Shown piece by piece: positions 1 to 12,618 of a stretch of 64,000 nucleotides of DNA (position 1 is its first letter; each line of letters opens with the position of its first letter). The notes under the pieces were generated by a model, which had not been told where the DNA came from, made no database searches, and saw only the letters and a program-made list of their open reading frames with translations. This DNA comes from Candidatus Poribacteria bacterium (GTDB lineage Bacteria > Poribacteria > WGA-4E > PCPOR2b), in contig OZ244042.1 of NCBI GenBank assembly GCA_965215015.1, positions 3,232,001 to 3,296,000 on the forward strand, read 5' to 3'. A program made the translations under genes and the position numbers.

Positions 1-12
1 GCTGTTGACCGA

Positions 13-600
13 TTGAAACACCTCAAGCCCGACGCGATGATTCGAGGGAATCACGATAAGGTTATTGCTCGCATCGAAGATGGCAGCAATTTCCAACACC
101 TTGCTTACACTAGTGCGATGTGGTCGCGTCTGCAGATACGGCCAGATAACGAAGCGTATTTGGGGTGTATGCCTCAGGGACCGATAACGCTAGAACAGGG
201 GATTCAAATATCACACGGCAGCCCTCACGATGAGGATTTTTACATCCTAACCCATTGGGACGCACGATCAATCCTGCATCAAAGCGAAAGTTGGATCGTA
301 TTTTATGGACACACCCATCTTCCGATGATCTATTCGACGGGATCAAAATTCTCTCAGTATTGTCCAGAAGAGGATGAATCTTACTACAGACTTTCAAAAG
401 ATAAGCAGTATCTAATTAATCCCGGATCCGTTGGCCAACCACGCGATCTCAATCCCAAGGCAAGTTTTGGTCTCCTTGATACCGACGAAAACACCATTTG
501 TATAAAGCGGGTTGGATACGATATTCAAGCCACACAGTGCAAAATCCGCGAAGCTGGGCTGCCCACATGGCACGCTGACCGATTGGCAGCTGGACGCTAA
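13..600 (+). CDS. Metallophosphoesterase (calcineurin-like), probably 5'-truncated by the window edge
   Basis: RGNHD, SHGSP, GHTH and NPGSVGQPRD motifs. The N-terminal DxH motif is missing, so the start probably lies upstream. Confidence 0.85.
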   Translation: MKHLKPDAMIRGNHDKVIARIEDGSNFQHLAYTSAMWSRLQIRPDNEAYLGCMPQGPITLEQGIQISHGSPHDEDFYILTHWDARSILHQSESWIVFYGHTHLPMIYSTGSKFSQYCPEEDESYYRLSKDKQYLINPGSVGQPRDLNPKASFGLLDTDENTICIKRVGYDIQATQCKIREAGLPTWHADRLAAGR

Positions 601-656
601 TTAATATTTAGACTTACCCTCAGCTCCTGACCACTAAGCCCTGACCCTGATTCCCA

Positions 657-1328
657 ATGACCATCACCCAAACCGATAAAGCTGTCATTATTGCAAGTAT
701 CACCACTTTTTTGACATTTCTGATAAATGCTAAGCTCGGTTCAACCTGGTTGCTTTATCTGAACGTGCTCGTGGTGGTGGGGCTGTTTGGTTATGCGAGT
801 CGCCCATGGAACCCGCTCTCGTATCTATCACGTAGCGCGATTTTTGGTGCAATTGCAGCAATTACCTATATTCCACTGGATTGGTTGTTCTCTCAAAATG
901 TTAAGCTGCTCTCCTATTTAAGCTTGCGCGATATTCGGATAGCCGCCGTGCCCTTAAGTTTACTCCTAACTTGGATGATTGCCATAACTATAATCATCTA
1001 CATCTATCATCGTCTCAATGCAAGTTGGGAAAAGCCCTATATCCCCGCGGTGGTTATTGGCAGCGTTGCGTTTGTGGGCAGCACTGTTTTCGACCAATTT
1101 GGCTCTGCACGCTTATGGAACTGGAATGCAATCCGCTTTTCCTATGTTCCCTATATCGGCTCCGTTCCGGTTTGTGTTCCGATAGCACTTGCTCTGACCT
1201 TTTTGCTTTCCCCTTACTACTTCCGTAGACACCATGTCGTTGTGGGAGGTATCCGGTGCGGCCTTTTTATCGGGATAATGCAGCTTCTCTGTTTTATGTT
1301 GTTTCGCTTCATTGGAATATCACATTGA
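657..1328 (+). CDS. Integral membrane protein, unknown function
   Basis: 223-aa ORF with about 6-7 hydrophobic segments, co-oriented between the phosphoesterase and hslV. Confidence 0.7.
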   Translation: MTITQTDKAVIIASITTFLTFLINAKLGSTWLLYLNVLVVVGLFGYASRPWNPLSYLSRSAIFGAIAAITYIPLDWLFSQNVKLLSYLSLRDIRIAAVPLSLLLTWMIAITIIIYIYHRLNASWEKPYIPAVVIGSVAFVGSTVFDQFGSARLWNWNAIRFSYVPYIGSVPVCVPIALALTFLLSPYYFRRHHVVVGGIRCGLFIGIMQLLCFMLFRFIGISH

Positions 1329-1377
1329 AGGAAACCGTTGTTGTGTTTGCCGCACGCTTTAGGCCTAAGGAGTTATA

Positions 1378-1911
1378 ATGATTAAATCGACAACAATTCT
1401 TACAGTACGGCGGAACAATCAAATCGCCATCGGTGGCGATGGACAAGTTACTTTAGGAGATACCGCAATTAAACATAGAGCGAAGAAAATTCGTCGTGCT
1501 TATAACGGTCAGGTACTGTTAGGCTTTGCCGGTTCAGCGGCGGACGCGCTCACTCTGTTTGAGAATCTTGAAAAAAAATTGGATCAGTATCGCGGTAATC
1601 TTCAAAGAGCGGCTGTTGAGTTTGCAAGAGATTGGCGAGGCGATCGCGTCCTCCGTCGGACAGAAGCGTTGTTGGTCGCAGTAGATGCCAAAAGGGGCTA
1701 TCTCCTCTCCGGGAGCGGCGACGTGCTTGAGCCAGATGATGGGGTCTTAGGTATTGGATCCGGCGGTTCTATCGCTCTATCTGCCGCCAGAGCACTTTTG
1801 AAGCACTCTTCGCTCACCGCCAAAGAAATTGTTGAAGAAGCGTTACAAATAACCAGCGACATTTGCGTTTATACCAATAGCAGCATTGAAATTGAAACAC
1901 TTGAGGTTTAA
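1378..1911 (+). CDS. hslV: ATP-dependent protease peptidase subunit HslV
   Basis: N-terminal STTIL nucleophile, [27 protein letters not shown]; AAGGAG RBS. Confidence 0.97.
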   Translation: MIKSTTILTVRRNNQIAIGGDGQVTLGDTAIKHRAKKIRRAYNGQVLLGFAGSAADALTLFENLEKKLDQYRGNLQRAAVEFARDWRGDRVLRRTEALLVAVDAKRGYLLSGSGDVLEPDDGVLGIGSGGSIALSAARALLKHSSLTAKEIVEEALQITSDICVYTNSSIEIETLEV

Positions 1912-1961
1912 TTTTAGAATTATTGCTATTCAATAACAGATGTAAAAAACGGAGGTACACA

Positions 1962-3455
1962 TTGGCAACCCTCAATTCTTCATCAAATCCAAAAACATTA
2001 GCAGATGCCCTGACCCCCAAACAGATTGTTGAAGAACTCGATAAATATATTATTGGTCAAGCGGAGGCGAAACGTTCAGTCGCCATTGCGCTTCGCAATC
2101 GAGCCCGCCGACAGATGCTTGAGGATGACATGCGGGATGAAGTCGCACCTAAAAATATCATCATGATTGGAACAACAGGGGTCGGAAAAACCGAAATTGC
2201 GAGGCGATTGGCGCGTTTAGTAGAAGCACCATTTATTAAAGTAGAAGCCTCAAAATATACGGAAGTTGGCTATGTTGGGCGCGATGTAGAAGCGATGATT
2301 CGGGATCTTGCAGACCTTGCAGTCAATATGGTGAAGGCGGAACAGGCGGAGGTAGTCAGGGAAAAAGCCCTTGAACTCACCGAAGAACGGCTCTTAGATT
2401 TTTTGATACCGCCGCCGCGGTCAAAGATGAGCCCTGAGTCTGCTGAAAAAAATGTCGAGATTAGTGATGAGGATAAAGCGGACGCAGGTTCGGACGGGAT
2501 GGAGCAATTATTAGCAGGCCAGCAGCTTGATGTAACTGAACGGTCAGAAGTCAGTGAACAGGAGCAGGAAAGATATCTACGGACGCGGGAAAAGTTTCGT
2601 CAACGACTGAGAGATGGAAAGCTGGAAGATAAGCCTATCGAAATTAATGTAAGCAACCGAACGGTTCCTTTTGTTGAAATCTTCTCTCCAAGTGGCATTG
2701 AGGAGATGGATATCAATTTGAAGGATATGTTTGGGAGTATTCTGCCTAAACAGGAGAAGAAGCGCCGTGTAGCTATCTCTGAAGCCCGTCAGATCCTTGT
2801 GCAAGAAGAGGCGGAGCGGCTGATCGATATGGACCATGTCGTCAGTGAGGCTATTGCGCGCGTGGAAAACTCAGGTATCGTTTTTCTGGATGAAATCGAT
2901 AAGATTGCCGGACGTGAATCCAAGTCAGGCCCCGATGTTTCGCGAGAAGGTGTTCAGCGCGACATCCTACCGATTATCGAAGGAAGTACGGTGATGACAA
3001 AGCACGGTATGGTTCGTACCGATCACATTTTATTTATCGCCTCCGGTGCGTTTCATGTCTCCAAGCCCTCGGATCTCATTCCAGAGTTGCAGGGACGTTT
3101 CCCAATTCGTGTCGAACTGACAAGCTTGAATGAAGGGGACTTCAAACGTATTCTCACCGAACCGAAGAACGCGCTAGAGAAGCAGTATATCGCCATGTTG
3201 AAAACGGAAGGTATCGACGTGACCATTACTAATGATGCGATTGACGAAATTGCTGCCTTGGCTTTTCAGGTGAATGAATCGGTGGAAGATATTGGGGCAC
3301 GCCGGCTCCATACCATCATGGAGAAGCTCTTTGATGAACTCTCCTTCAATGCTCCAGACCTAGGGGAGGAATCGATCACAATCAATGCCGATTACGTCAC
3401 AGAGCAGTTATCTGAAATTGTGAAGGACGAGGATATCAGCAAATATATTCTCTAG
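1962..3455 (+). CDS. hslU: ATP-dependent protease ATPase subunit HslU
   Basis: [55 protein letters not shown] start at 1962 follows GGAGG. Confidence 0.97.
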   Translation: MATLNSSSNPKTLADALTPKQIVEELDKYIIGQAEAKRSVAIALRNRARRQMLEDDMRDEVAPKNIIMIGTTGVGKTEIARRLARLVEAPFIKVEASKYTEVGYVGRDVEAMIRDLADLAVNMVKAEQAEVVREKALELTEERLLDFLIPPPRSKMSPESAEKNVEISDEDKADAGSDGMEQLLAGQQLDVTERSEVSEQEQERYLRTREKFRQRLRDGKLEDKPIEINVSNRTVPFVEIFSPSGIEEMDINLKDMFGSILPKQEKKRRVAISEARQILVQEEAERLIDMDHVVSEAIARVENSGIVFLDEIDKIAGRESKSGPDVSREGVQRDILPIIEGSTVMTKHGMVRTDHILFIASGAFHVSKPSDLIPELQGRFPIRVELTSLNEGDFKRILTEPKNALEKQYIAMLKTEGIDVTITNDAIDEIAALAFQVNESVEDIGARRLHTIMEKLFDELSFNAPDLGEESITINADYVTEQLSEIVKDEDISKYIL

Positions 3456-3568
3456 GGTCAGGCGAGGAACGGGATGAGGAATAGTAAAGGGGTGGGTGTA
3501 TTCGGCGGGCGGTGACAGTTAACTCCAAGTATGCCTGCTACTGTTGAGCGATTTATGGTCTATGGTGA

Positions 3569-3613
3569 CGCGGGTTGAATTGCGGTATTACAAACTCAAG
3601 TACGTAACTCCTA
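3569..3613. repeat. Isolated end of the TA-bounded MITE family
   Basis: CGCGGGTTGAATTGCGGTATTACAAACTCAAGTACGTAACTCCTA matches 17885-17929, and in reverse 39747 and 59415. Confidence 0.65.
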
Positions 3614-3694
3614 AAATTGAACCCATCTCCGTTAAAGATTTCTATCTAATTGGCAATAGCAAAATGTCAACACGCCCTGGGCACTCCATGCTTA

Positions 3695-4621
3695 TTAGCT
3701 ATCCATTATAGGAAACGTTTCCAAGAATTGATGAACCTCTTCCACTGTTGGTAAACCGGTGCGCCCACCGAGTTGACAGCAGTTGAGCGACGCGACCGCC
3801 GAAGCGAACCGGACTATTTCCTCAACGCTCCAATCCTGCAAGACGCCATAGATAAACCCACCGTGAAACGCATCCCCTGCCCCGGTGGTATCTACCACAT
3901 CAACGGGGAAGGCTGGAAACGTAAGGAGCCCCGCTTCCCATTTTGCAACACAACCCCGCTCGCCAAGCGTCACGACCGCGATACGCGCGCCAAATTCGCA
4001 AAGTCGCTGCACGATTGCTTCGGGCGACGCACCGGGCATCCATCCCTGTGCAAAAGCTTCTGATACGATGGGGACATCGACCAACGGCAATAGTGACTTG
4101 GTAAGCACTTCACTGTGCCATGTGCCATCTAACACCACAGTAACGCCCGCTGCTTTCGCCCATTTCGCCGCTTGGACCGAGGCTTCATCCGCATTGTCAA
4201 GGTGCAGGACCTTAGCAGATGCAATCTCTTGGCGATCCAGATCTGATAGGGCCAAGGGGGTGTTGGTCTCCCGACGGGAGGTGAAGCAACGTTCACCGGT
4301 GGTCTGATCAACGAGAACGAGCACAGCGCGGGAGAAGACGTTCGGTTCAAGCATCAATCGGCTGACATCTACGCCTTCCTTCCGAAATTCTTCGCGGATG
4401 AACATACCTTCAGGATCATCACCGACTCTTCCAACAAAACGGGTGGAAACACCCAGCCGGGCAAGGGTGACGAGTGCCGTTGCAACAGGACCACCGGATT
4501 GGCGAAGGTATTGAGAAGCACGCCACGATCTACCAAATGCCGGCAGTTGGGGAACGACAAACAGCATATCGGCTGTGCATGCGCCAATTCCAATAACATC
4601 TGGGAAATTGTCTTGATTCAT
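3695..4621 (-). CDS. PfkB/ribokinase-family sugar kinase
   Basis: GGPVATA and VVDTTGAGDAFHGG PfkB signatures. Confidence 0.92.
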   Translation of the reverse strand: MNQDNFPDVIGIGACTADMLFVVPQLPAFGRSWRASQYLRQSGGPVATALVTLARLGVSTRFVGRVGDDPEGMFIREEFRKEGVDVSRLMLEPNVFSRAVLVLVDQTTGERCFTSRRETNTPLALSDLDRQEIASAKVLHLDNADEASVQAAKWAKAAGVTVVLDGTWHSEVLTKSLLPLVDVPIVSEAFAQGWMPGASPEAIVQRLCEFGARIAVVTLGERGCVAKWEAGLLTFPAFPVDVVDTTGAGDAFHGGFIYGVLQDWSVEEIVRFASAVASLNCCQLGGRTGLPTVEEVHQFLETFPIMDS

Positions 4622-4752
4622 GATAATTCCTGATTATCGAGTTCGGAACAAGAGTGAAACGTGAAAACAGTTAGCTTATAGGTTCATTGGGGTGGAAACG
4701 ACCTCCTCACCTACTCACACCAAAGGTTATTATCTTGTGTAAGCCTTACATG

Positions 4753-5595
4753 CTATTTCAGCCCCCAAATCTCCGCCGCGGTGCCGCCTAAAATGCGTTC
4801 GCGCTGGGTATTCGTCAGGAAAGGCAGACCTTCCCGGACAAGCCGCAACTCCTGATCCAGGGTTGGCCAATTGTGCTTGAGACGGTGATGACCTGGGTAT
4901 CCCGTCCCCCACACCATCCGCTCGGCTCCAAAGGCACCTACGAGTCTCTCGATGAATGGATGCACGTCTGTGTAAGGAAAATCCTGGCTAGAGCGACCGG
5001 CCACATCAGATAGTTTCAAATACATATTGTCGTACCGGGCAAGATTAACGATTGGCTGAAACTCCGCTTCGCCCGCATTAATCTGAGGGTAGCCCATGTG
5101 GTCAAGAATCAGTTTTAGGGAAGGATATCGATCTGCAATCGCTGCGACCTGATCGGCAAACTCTGCCCGCAGATGAAATTGAATAACCGCATTCAGCGAA
5201 GCAATCTCTTCCCACATCGGTTCATTCTGACGGGTCAACAAAATCTTTTCGTCGGGATAGTACATCGGGTGAAAGCGAAAGCCTACCAACCCCCGTTCAT
5301 TTATCCAGTAGCGCACTTGTTCCGCATTGTTCGGGTCCTGCGGATCGATCAGACCGTGCCCAACGAAGCGGTTTGGGAAGCGTTCTACCGAATCAGCGAT
5401 GTAGCCGTTGTCCCAAGTGGACCAACTGGTCTGCACCAGCACCGTCCAGTCCACCCCATGCACGTCCATCTCTGCCAATAACTCGTCGACGGTGCCTGGC
5501 TCGTCCGGATAGGAGTTCCAGCTAGGCGAAGTTGGACCGATAGGATATTTGGGTGGGTCAATTTCCCAAACGTGGACGTGGGTATCAACAATCAT
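4753..5595 (-). CDS. Amidohydrolase_2 family (sugar lactonase-like)
   Basis: DTHVH, LDHMG, YLKLS and WGTGYP motifs. Confidence 0.88.
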   Translation of the reverse strand: MIVDTHVHVWEIDPPKYPIGPTSPSWNSYPDEPGTVDELLAEMDVHGVDWTVLVQTSWSTWDNGYIADSVERFPNRFVGHGLIDPQDPNNAEQVRYWINERGLVGFRFHPMYYPDEKILLTRQNEPMWEEIASLNAVIQFHLRAEFADQVAAIADRYPSLKLILDHMGYPQINAGEAEFQPIVNLARYDNMYLKLSDVAGRSSQDFPYTDVHPFIERLVGAFGAERMVWGTGYPGHHRLKHNWPTLDQELRLVREGLPFLTNTQRERILGGTAAEIWGLK

Positions 5596-5606
5596 AAAAG
5601 CTCCCT

Positions 5607-6530
5607 TCAGTCGCTTACTCGCAATGCGGTTTCTTCCTTCATCAATGTCTCCATCATAGCGTGAACTCGCGGCAAATCCTGCGGTCCCACATCCTCAGCA
5701 AAAGGAATGACTGGGCCACCGGACAATCCCGCGTAATCCATAGCGGCATGTAGTGCTGAACCACTGTACCGCCCCCCATCTTCACCTCGAAAATCCTCGA
5801 ACGGCACCATCAGCGCACGGAGGCGTTCCGCTTCTGCCTTATCGCCTGTTGCAAATTTTTGATGCAGCGTCAGGCTCATTCGCGGCACGAAATTCGCCAT
5901 GCCCGAACTGAAACCTACCGCACCGTGCGCCATGTAATCGATGCAAGGATCTTCTGCCATGCCACAGACCATTGCCGCGCGATCTCCCGCCTTCTCTACA
6001 ATTCGATCAAAGGCGTCTAAATCCTCCACCGCATACTTTAGACCAATCACCTCATCCAGCTGACAGAGGCTGATCACATCGTCCACCGGCATAATGTCCA
6101 ACCGTCGCTGGTAAAGGACTGTAGGCAACTGCACCACTTTTGCTATCTCCCTGAGTCCGTTGTAAACGCCGTTGGCAGAGGCGGGACCAACGATTGGCAT
6201 AATCATTACACCCGCAACGCCCAGGGATCGGGCGATATGTCCCATCTCCAAAGCTCTCCCAAATCCTGGACCGATACCCGGCACGATATACGCCGCATCT
6301 CCAGCTTCGTCAAGGAATGTGCCCACCACCGCTTCGTACTCCTCCAGACTGGCATCGTAGACCATGCCGGTGCCGCACTCCGGCATAATGAAATCCACAC
6401 CGTGCTGGATGAGGTAACGGACATTTTTCCGTACTCCTTCCAGATCCACTCGCCGGTCTTCCTTGCGCGGCGTAATGGCAACTACCAAGACGTTGCGGCA
6501 CGCTTCTCGATCCAAGCACTGCTTACCCAT
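5607..6530 (-). CDS. DapA/DHDPS-like aldolase or dehydratase
   Basis: AITP, CGTG, LYQR and IGLKYA (Schiff-base Lys). Confidence 0.82.
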   Translation of the reverse strand: MGKQCLDREACRNVLVVAITPRKEDRRVDLEGVRKNVRYLIQHGVDFIMPECGTGMVYDASLEEYEAVVGTFLDEAGDAAYIVPGIGPGFGRALEMGHIARSLGVAGVMIMPIVGPASANGVYNGLREIAKVVQLPTVLYQRRLDIMPVDDVISLCQLDEVIGLKYAVEDLDAFDRIVEKAGDRAAMVCGMAEDPCIDYMAHGAVGFSSGMANFVPRMSLTLHQKFATGDKAEAERLRALMVPFEDFRGEDGGRYSGSALHAAMDYAGLSGGPVIPFAEDVGPQDLPRVHAMMETLMKEETALRVSD

Positions 6531-6531
6531 T

Positions 6532-7572
6532 TTACGCTCCTTCCCGATATCTCGCTAGTTTCTTCTGAAAAGACTTCCGTTCAAGAACCTCACGATTCAC
6601 CACATTCTCTGGGATTTCGCCCTGCGATACCTGAATCGCTTTCTGACAGTTTAACCTGCCGATGTCTCGGTAGCATTCCTCCGTCAAAGCAATAGCGTGA
6701 GGGGACACAATCACGTTATCCAATTTTAACAACGGTTCATTGGGATCCACCGGCTCTTCTTCAAAGACATCAATACCTGCGGCCCGGATGCGTTTTTCCT
6801 GTAAAACTTGCGTCAAGACACGCTGATCAACTATAGGACCACGGGCGGTGTTGATAAAAAACGCTGTCGGCTTCATGAGTGTGAACTCTCTTTCGCCGAT
6901 CAATCCCCGCGTTTCATCGGTCAGTGGACAGGTGACACACACGTAATCGGATTCGCGCATCACGGTGGGTAGATCAACAATCTCCACGTTCAGGGATTTG
7001 GCAACCTCCGGCGAAACATACGGATCAAATGTCAGGAATCGCATACCGAAAGGTTGTAACAAACGAAACAATTCGGTGGAGATGTTTCCAAGCCCGACCG
7101 ACCCCAGTGTGCGTCCTATTAGGTCAACACCGGTTTCCAACCCTTCTCGCCAAGTGCCCGCGCGTGTTGCACGGTCATACGCAAAAAGGTTTTTTGAGAG
7201 GGCAAACATCAGTCCAATAATGCCTTCCGCCACGGGACGACGCACCCCGCTTGGCGCGATAGCAACCATCACATCTGCTTCTGTCGCCGCTTGGAGATCG
7301 ATATTATCGTAACCGACCCCGTGCCTTGCTATCAGAGTCAATCGATCCGCCCCATCAAATGTCTCGCGGGGATATTTCCCTCCAAGTGCGATGAAGGCGT
7401 CCAATCCGCGTATCTCATCCGGCGGCACAAATGGACGCTCGTGTGCAATAAATGTGTATTCGATGTGCGGCTCCTTGTCTAAGAGATCTAGCCCAACATC
7501 CTTGAATCGAACTTTGCCATCCTCTCCAAGGAAACCGGGGGTCAATCCAACACGGAATTTTTCCTGCGCCAT
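6532..7572 (-). CDS. D-isomer-specific 2-hydroxyacid dehydrogenase
   Basis: GVGYDNID, GLGNI, INTARGPIVD, DVFEEEP, SPH. Probable start is MAQEK at 7572. Confidence 0.9.
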   Translation of the reverse strand: MAQEKFRVGLTPGFLGEDGKVRFKDVGLDLLDKEPHIEYTFIAHERPFVPPDEIRGLDAFIALGGKYPRETFDGADRLTLIARHGVGYDNIDLQAATEADVMVAIAPSGVRRPVAEGIIGLMFALSKNLFAYDRATRAGTWREGLETGVDLIGRTLGSVGLGNISTELFRLLQPFGMRFLTFDPYVSPEVAKSLNVEIVDLPTVMRESDYVCVTCPLTDETRGLIGEREFTLMKPTAFFINTARGPIVDQRVLTQVLQEKRIRAAGIDVFEEEPVDPNEPLLKLDNVIVSPHAIALTEECYRDIGRLNCQKAIQVSQGEIPENVVNREVLERKSFQKKLARYREGA

Positions 7573-7712
7573 AAAGTTCTCTCTTTCTGTTATTGAGTAA
7601 TCTAAGTTTGAACCTGTATAGAATGGATCAAAATCGTTTTGGGGTTTGCTTCGTTTTTTTTCAGCATGAAACGTAAGACAAAAGAACCCGTGAAACATGG
7701 AGCCCCAACCCC

Positions 7713-8096
7713 TCATTTCCAAATTCCGTAAGCGAGCACGTGACCAAGCCAAGCCGCACCCAAACCAAGCACCACATGCACAGCAACGTTGGCAATGGCA
7801 GCATCACTATCGCCCGCTTGCCACAAATTCATCGTTTCATTACCAAATGTCGAGAACGTTGTGAATCCACCTAACAGTCCCATAAAAATAAATAAGCGAG
7901 CCTCCGGACTCAAGAGTCCACGCATCTCTACCCATTGGAAAAGGAATCCGATGAACAAGCAGCCTGTTAAATTGACTGCCAATGTCCCGTAGGGAAATCC
8001 GGTGCCTCTCATCAGATGTTGGATATACCCGCTTAAGAGGTATCGCCCTATTGAGCCAAGGAAGCCTCCCAATCCGACCCAGAGTATTTTCCCCAC
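7713..8096 (-). CDS. crcB: Fluoride efflux channel Fluc/CrcB
   Basis: GGFLGSIGRY, PYGTLAVN and GLLGGFTTFSTF signatures. Confidence 0.95.
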   Translation of the reverse strand: MGKILWVGLGGFLGSIGRYLLSGYIQHLMRGTGFPYGTLAVNLTGCLFIGFLFQWVEMRGLLSPEARLFIFMGLLGGFTTFSTFGNETMNLWQAGDSDAAIANVAVHVVLGLGAAWLGHVLAYGIWK

Positions 8097-8140
8097 ACTA
8101 ATGAACTCCCTTTTTCTTCTACTACCAGTTGGAGTCTACC

Positions 8141-9436
<1,296 letters not shown>

Positions 9437-9459
9437 TCAAAATCTCCTCTTTGTTACGC

Positions 9460-10248
9460 TTATTCGGTCCACAGTTTGCTGTTATCGGTCAGAATCTCCG
9501 GTCCGTCAGAAAGGATAACAACGGTATGCTCGAAAAGCGCGGAGAGGCTGCGATCTGTGGTAACGGCAGTCCAGCCATCGTCAAGCACACGTGCTTCGGA
9601 GTTGCCCATGTTGACCATCGCCTCAATGGCAAGTGTCATGCCTGCCATCAGCCGTACACCCCTGCCCGCATCCCCGTAAGTGGGGATTTGAGGCTCTTCG
9701 TGCAGTTGCCGACCAATTCCGTGCCCGGAGAAATCCCGAACTACCGAGAATCCGTGCGATTCGGCACCGTTCTGTAGCGCAAAGCAGACATCACCTAGTC
9801 GGTTGCCGGATTTTGCTGCCTCAATGGCATGATAGAGAGACGCTCTTGTGACATCAAGCAATTTTTGAGCTTCCGGGGCGATCTCCCCAACCGGAAATGT
9901 GAAAGCGTTATCGCCGTGATAACCGTCCAAAAAGATTGCCGTGTCAATCCCAACAATGTCTCCCTCATTTAGCAGCACATCCTTGCTTGGAATGCCGTGA
10001 ACAATTTGCTCGTTGAGCGACACGCAGATTGTCGCCGGATAAGGATTATGTCCCGGGAATTGATAGCCGAGGAACGATGAGATTCCGCCCAACTCGTTGA
10101 TGGTTTGACGCGAGATCTGATCTAATTCGTAAGTTGAAACGCCGGATTTAATTGCCTCTCCGATTCGCTGCAATATGGTTGATGCGGCTTTACCGCTCCG
10201 TCGCATCGCTTCGATTTCGGATCGGGACTTGATTCTAATTTTTGTCAT
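9460..10248 (-). CDS. map: Methionine aminopeptidase type I
   Basis: VHGIP, GYHGD, GHGIGRQLHEEP, FEHTV. Confidence 0.96.
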   Translation of the reverse strand: MTKIRIKSRSEIEAMRRSGKAASTILQRIGEAIKSGVSTYELDQISRQTINELGGISSFLGYQFPGHNPYPATICVSLNEQIVHGIPSKDVLLNEGDIVGIDTAIFLDGYHGDNAFTFPVGEIAPEAQKLLDVTRASLYHAIEAAKSGNRLGDVCFALQNGAESHGFSVVRDFSGHGIGRQLHEEPQIPTYGDAGRGVRLMAGMTLAIEAMVNMGNSEARVLDDGWTAVTTDRSLSALFEHTVVILSDGPEILTDNSKLWTE

Positions 10249-10280
10249 AATTTGTAGCTTGTAATGCGTAAAGAAGCCCC

Positions 10281-11006
10281 TTACGTATTACGCATTATTT
10301 TTCTATCACTGATAATTTTTATGAGAGCGGATTGTGCGGCGTCCGCTGCCCCCGGAATGTCCCACCGGGCGGGCTGGCGATCTTCGGCCAGATTGCTGAT
10401 ACCGCGCACTTCCAGAAATGGGACGTTGTATAGCGTACAAATATGGGCGGCGGCAGCACCTTCCATACTTTCACACAGCGCATCGAAGCGAGCGTGGAGG
10501 GCATCTCCGACCGCCTGAACGCCGCTGCACTGCGAAACGGTTACAAATGTGCCGCACTTCAGTCCACAAATTTCGGCAGCAGTTGAAACCAGTTGCGAAT
10601 CGAGTGGGAAACGATTGAAGTAAGGCGGGGTCCCGCGCACCAAGGGAATCCCAATCTCGTCCGCAGGTTTCCAACCTTCGGGCGTTACCACGCCGACATC
10701 GCCGTAAATCTCCTCCGTCGCCAGCACAACAGATCGGATCGGCAAATCTGCTGGCACATAAGCGCCGCCGATCCCAAATTGGATAACTAAGTCAGGCAGT
10801 TGCCCCTCAAGTTGACAAGTCAGCGCGTGTGCTGCGTTGACAGTACCGATACCGGTGTGAAGCAGCGTGCATCGCCAGCCGCATAAATTCCCGACAATTA
10901 CTGTTTTGCCTGCGTGTTGGGCGGTTTCGGCGTCTCCGAGAGCACTTTGGATAGCACCGGATTCGAGCTCCGTTGCGCTAACCAGCAGCAGATTCGGCTT
11001 AGCCAT
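10281..11006 (-). CDS. mqnB: Futalosine hydrolase (PNP/UDP family)
   Basis: LLVSATELE, TGIGTVNAA, GIGGAY, EIYGDVG, ESMEGAAAAH, EVRGISN. Start codon uncertain (11006-11021). Confidence 0.85.
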   Translation of the reverse strand: MAKPNLLLVSATELESGAIQSALGDAETAQHAGKTVIVGNLCGWRCTLLHTGIGTVNAAHALTCQLEGQLPDLVIQFGIGGAYVPADLPIRSVVLATEEIYGDVGVVTPEGWKPADEIGIPLVRGTPPYFNRFPLDSQLVSTAAEICGLKCGTFVTVSQCSGVQAVGDALHARFDALCESMEGAAAAHICTLYNVPFLEVRGISNLAEDRQPARWDIPGAADAAQSALIKIISDRKIMRNT

Positions 11007-11145
11007 CTGGTTCATCCTCAATGATATAACCTATTACAATTCATTTTGGCTCATGTCAAAAGGAAGTGCAATATGCTAAGAGCAACCGAGTTTTTTCGGC
11101 AAAACTCGGTTTTTGCTGCACGATTTCTTAATATGAGCCTTCATT

Positions 11146-12537
11146 TTATAGTGGCGCAGCAACAAGCGATCCAATCAATGTATGTGCTGTTACAGACTCG
11201 ACTTTCACACGCACAAGATTGCCAACCTGAGCACTCTCCTTCGGAAACACAGCTGTTTTGAACCCATCCGTCTTTCCTTGGTATCTGTCCGAATCCCGCC
11301 GCGATTCTCCTTCGACCAAAACCGCTACGGTTTCACCGATCAATCCTTGATTGATTTCATGGGAGATGCCCTCTTGCAACGCAATAATCTCCTTCAAACG
11401 ACGCCCTTTCTCTTCCGGGCTCACATCGTCGTCGAGGGTTTTGTGAGCAAGTGTGCCTTCGCGAGACGAATACTTGAACATGAACGCCGAGTCGTAGCGA
11501 ATTTCAGCCATTAGATTGTAAGTCTCCATGAAGTCAATCTCTGTCTCCCCACAGAAGCCGACAATCACGTCTGTGGAGATTGAGAGATTCGGGATGCGCG
11601 CTCGCATTTTGGCGACAAGTTCTCGGTACGCTTCCGCTGTATAAGTACGTCGCATTGTCTCCAGCACCCTTGTTGAACCGGATTGCAGCGGCAGATGGAT
11701 GTAGTTGCAGACCTTATCGCAGCTCGCCATCGCGTCAATTAAGTCATCGGTCGCATCACTCGGATGTGGCGAAGTGAAGCGTATCCGTTCAATCCCCTCA
11801 ACTTCGCTCATTGCGAACAGGAGGTCTCCGAAATTATGCGTTCCATCGTTATACGAGTTCACCGTCTGACCGAGGAGGACAACCTCTTTGAAACCTTCAT
11901 CAACAAGCCGTTTCACATCATCAACTAGCAGGTGTATCGGGATGCTTCGCTCGCGTCCACGTACAAACGGCACAATGCAGAAGGTGCACATCTTGTCACA
12001 CCCACGTTGGATGGTCAACCAGGCGCGAACGCCATCTTTGCGAATGGGAGCAATGTCCGCATAATCCTCGCCTTTATCTAGCTTCAAACCCAGAAATGGG
12101 TCACCTGTCGTCACGGAGTTGATTGCCATCGGTAGATTCCGGTAGGCGTCGGGTCCCAATACGAAATCCACATAAGGTGCAGCATCAATCAGTTTTGTCT
12201 TCATGTGTTGCGCCATGCAACCGCACACACCAAGCACCAAATCGGATTGCCTCCGTTTTCGATGATGTAGGTGTATGAGGCGATTGAGCACCTTCTCTTC
12301 AGCATTTTCGCGGATGGCACAGGTATTAAGAAGCACAACGTTGGCATTTTCTAGCCGATGTGCCATTTCATAGCCATTTCGGGTTAAGATACCCGACATC
12401 AACTCGCTATCGCTCACATTCATTTGACAGCCGTAGGTTTCGATATAGACCCGCCGACCGACCTGTGCCTGAGGTATGCTGACAGGCTCCAACGTTGGAA
12501 CCGCTTTGTATAATGGTAATTGTGTTTTGGGATTCAT
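11146..12537 (-). CDS. miaB: tRNA-2-methylthio-N6-dimethylallyladenosine synthase
   Basis: TYGCQMNVSDSE, NTCAIRENAE, GCDKMCTFC radical-SAM motif, C-terminal TRAM domain. Confidence 0.96.
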   Translation of the reverse strand: MNPKTQLPLYKAVPTLEPVSIPQAQVGRRVYIETYGCQMNVSDSELMSGILTRNGYEMAHRLENANVVLLNTCAIRENAEEKVLNRLIHLHHRKRRQSDLVLGVCGCMAQHMKTKLIDAAPYVDFVLGPDAYRNLPMAINSVTTGDPFLGLKLDKGEDYADIAPIRKDGVRAWLTIQRGCDKMCTFCIVPFVRGRERSIPIHLLVDDVKRLVDEGFKEVVLLGQTVNSYNDGTHNFGDLLFAMSEVEGIERIRFTSPHPSDATDDLIDAMASCDKVCNYIHLPLQSGSTRVLETMRRTYTAEAYRELVAKMRARIPNLSISTDVIVGFCGETEIDFMETYNLMAEIRYDSAFMFKYSSREGTLAHKTLDDDVSPEEKGRRLKEIIALQEGISHEINQGLIGETVAVLVEGESRRDSDRYQGKTDGFKTAVFPKESAQVGNLVRVKVESVTAHTLIGSLVAAPL

Positions 12538-12618
12538 TGCTGTATTAACCTTTATTGAGCTATGCTTTCAGCGTTTTTTTATCGGTATCATTTCCCTCCG
12601 AAACTGTCGAGGACCGGG

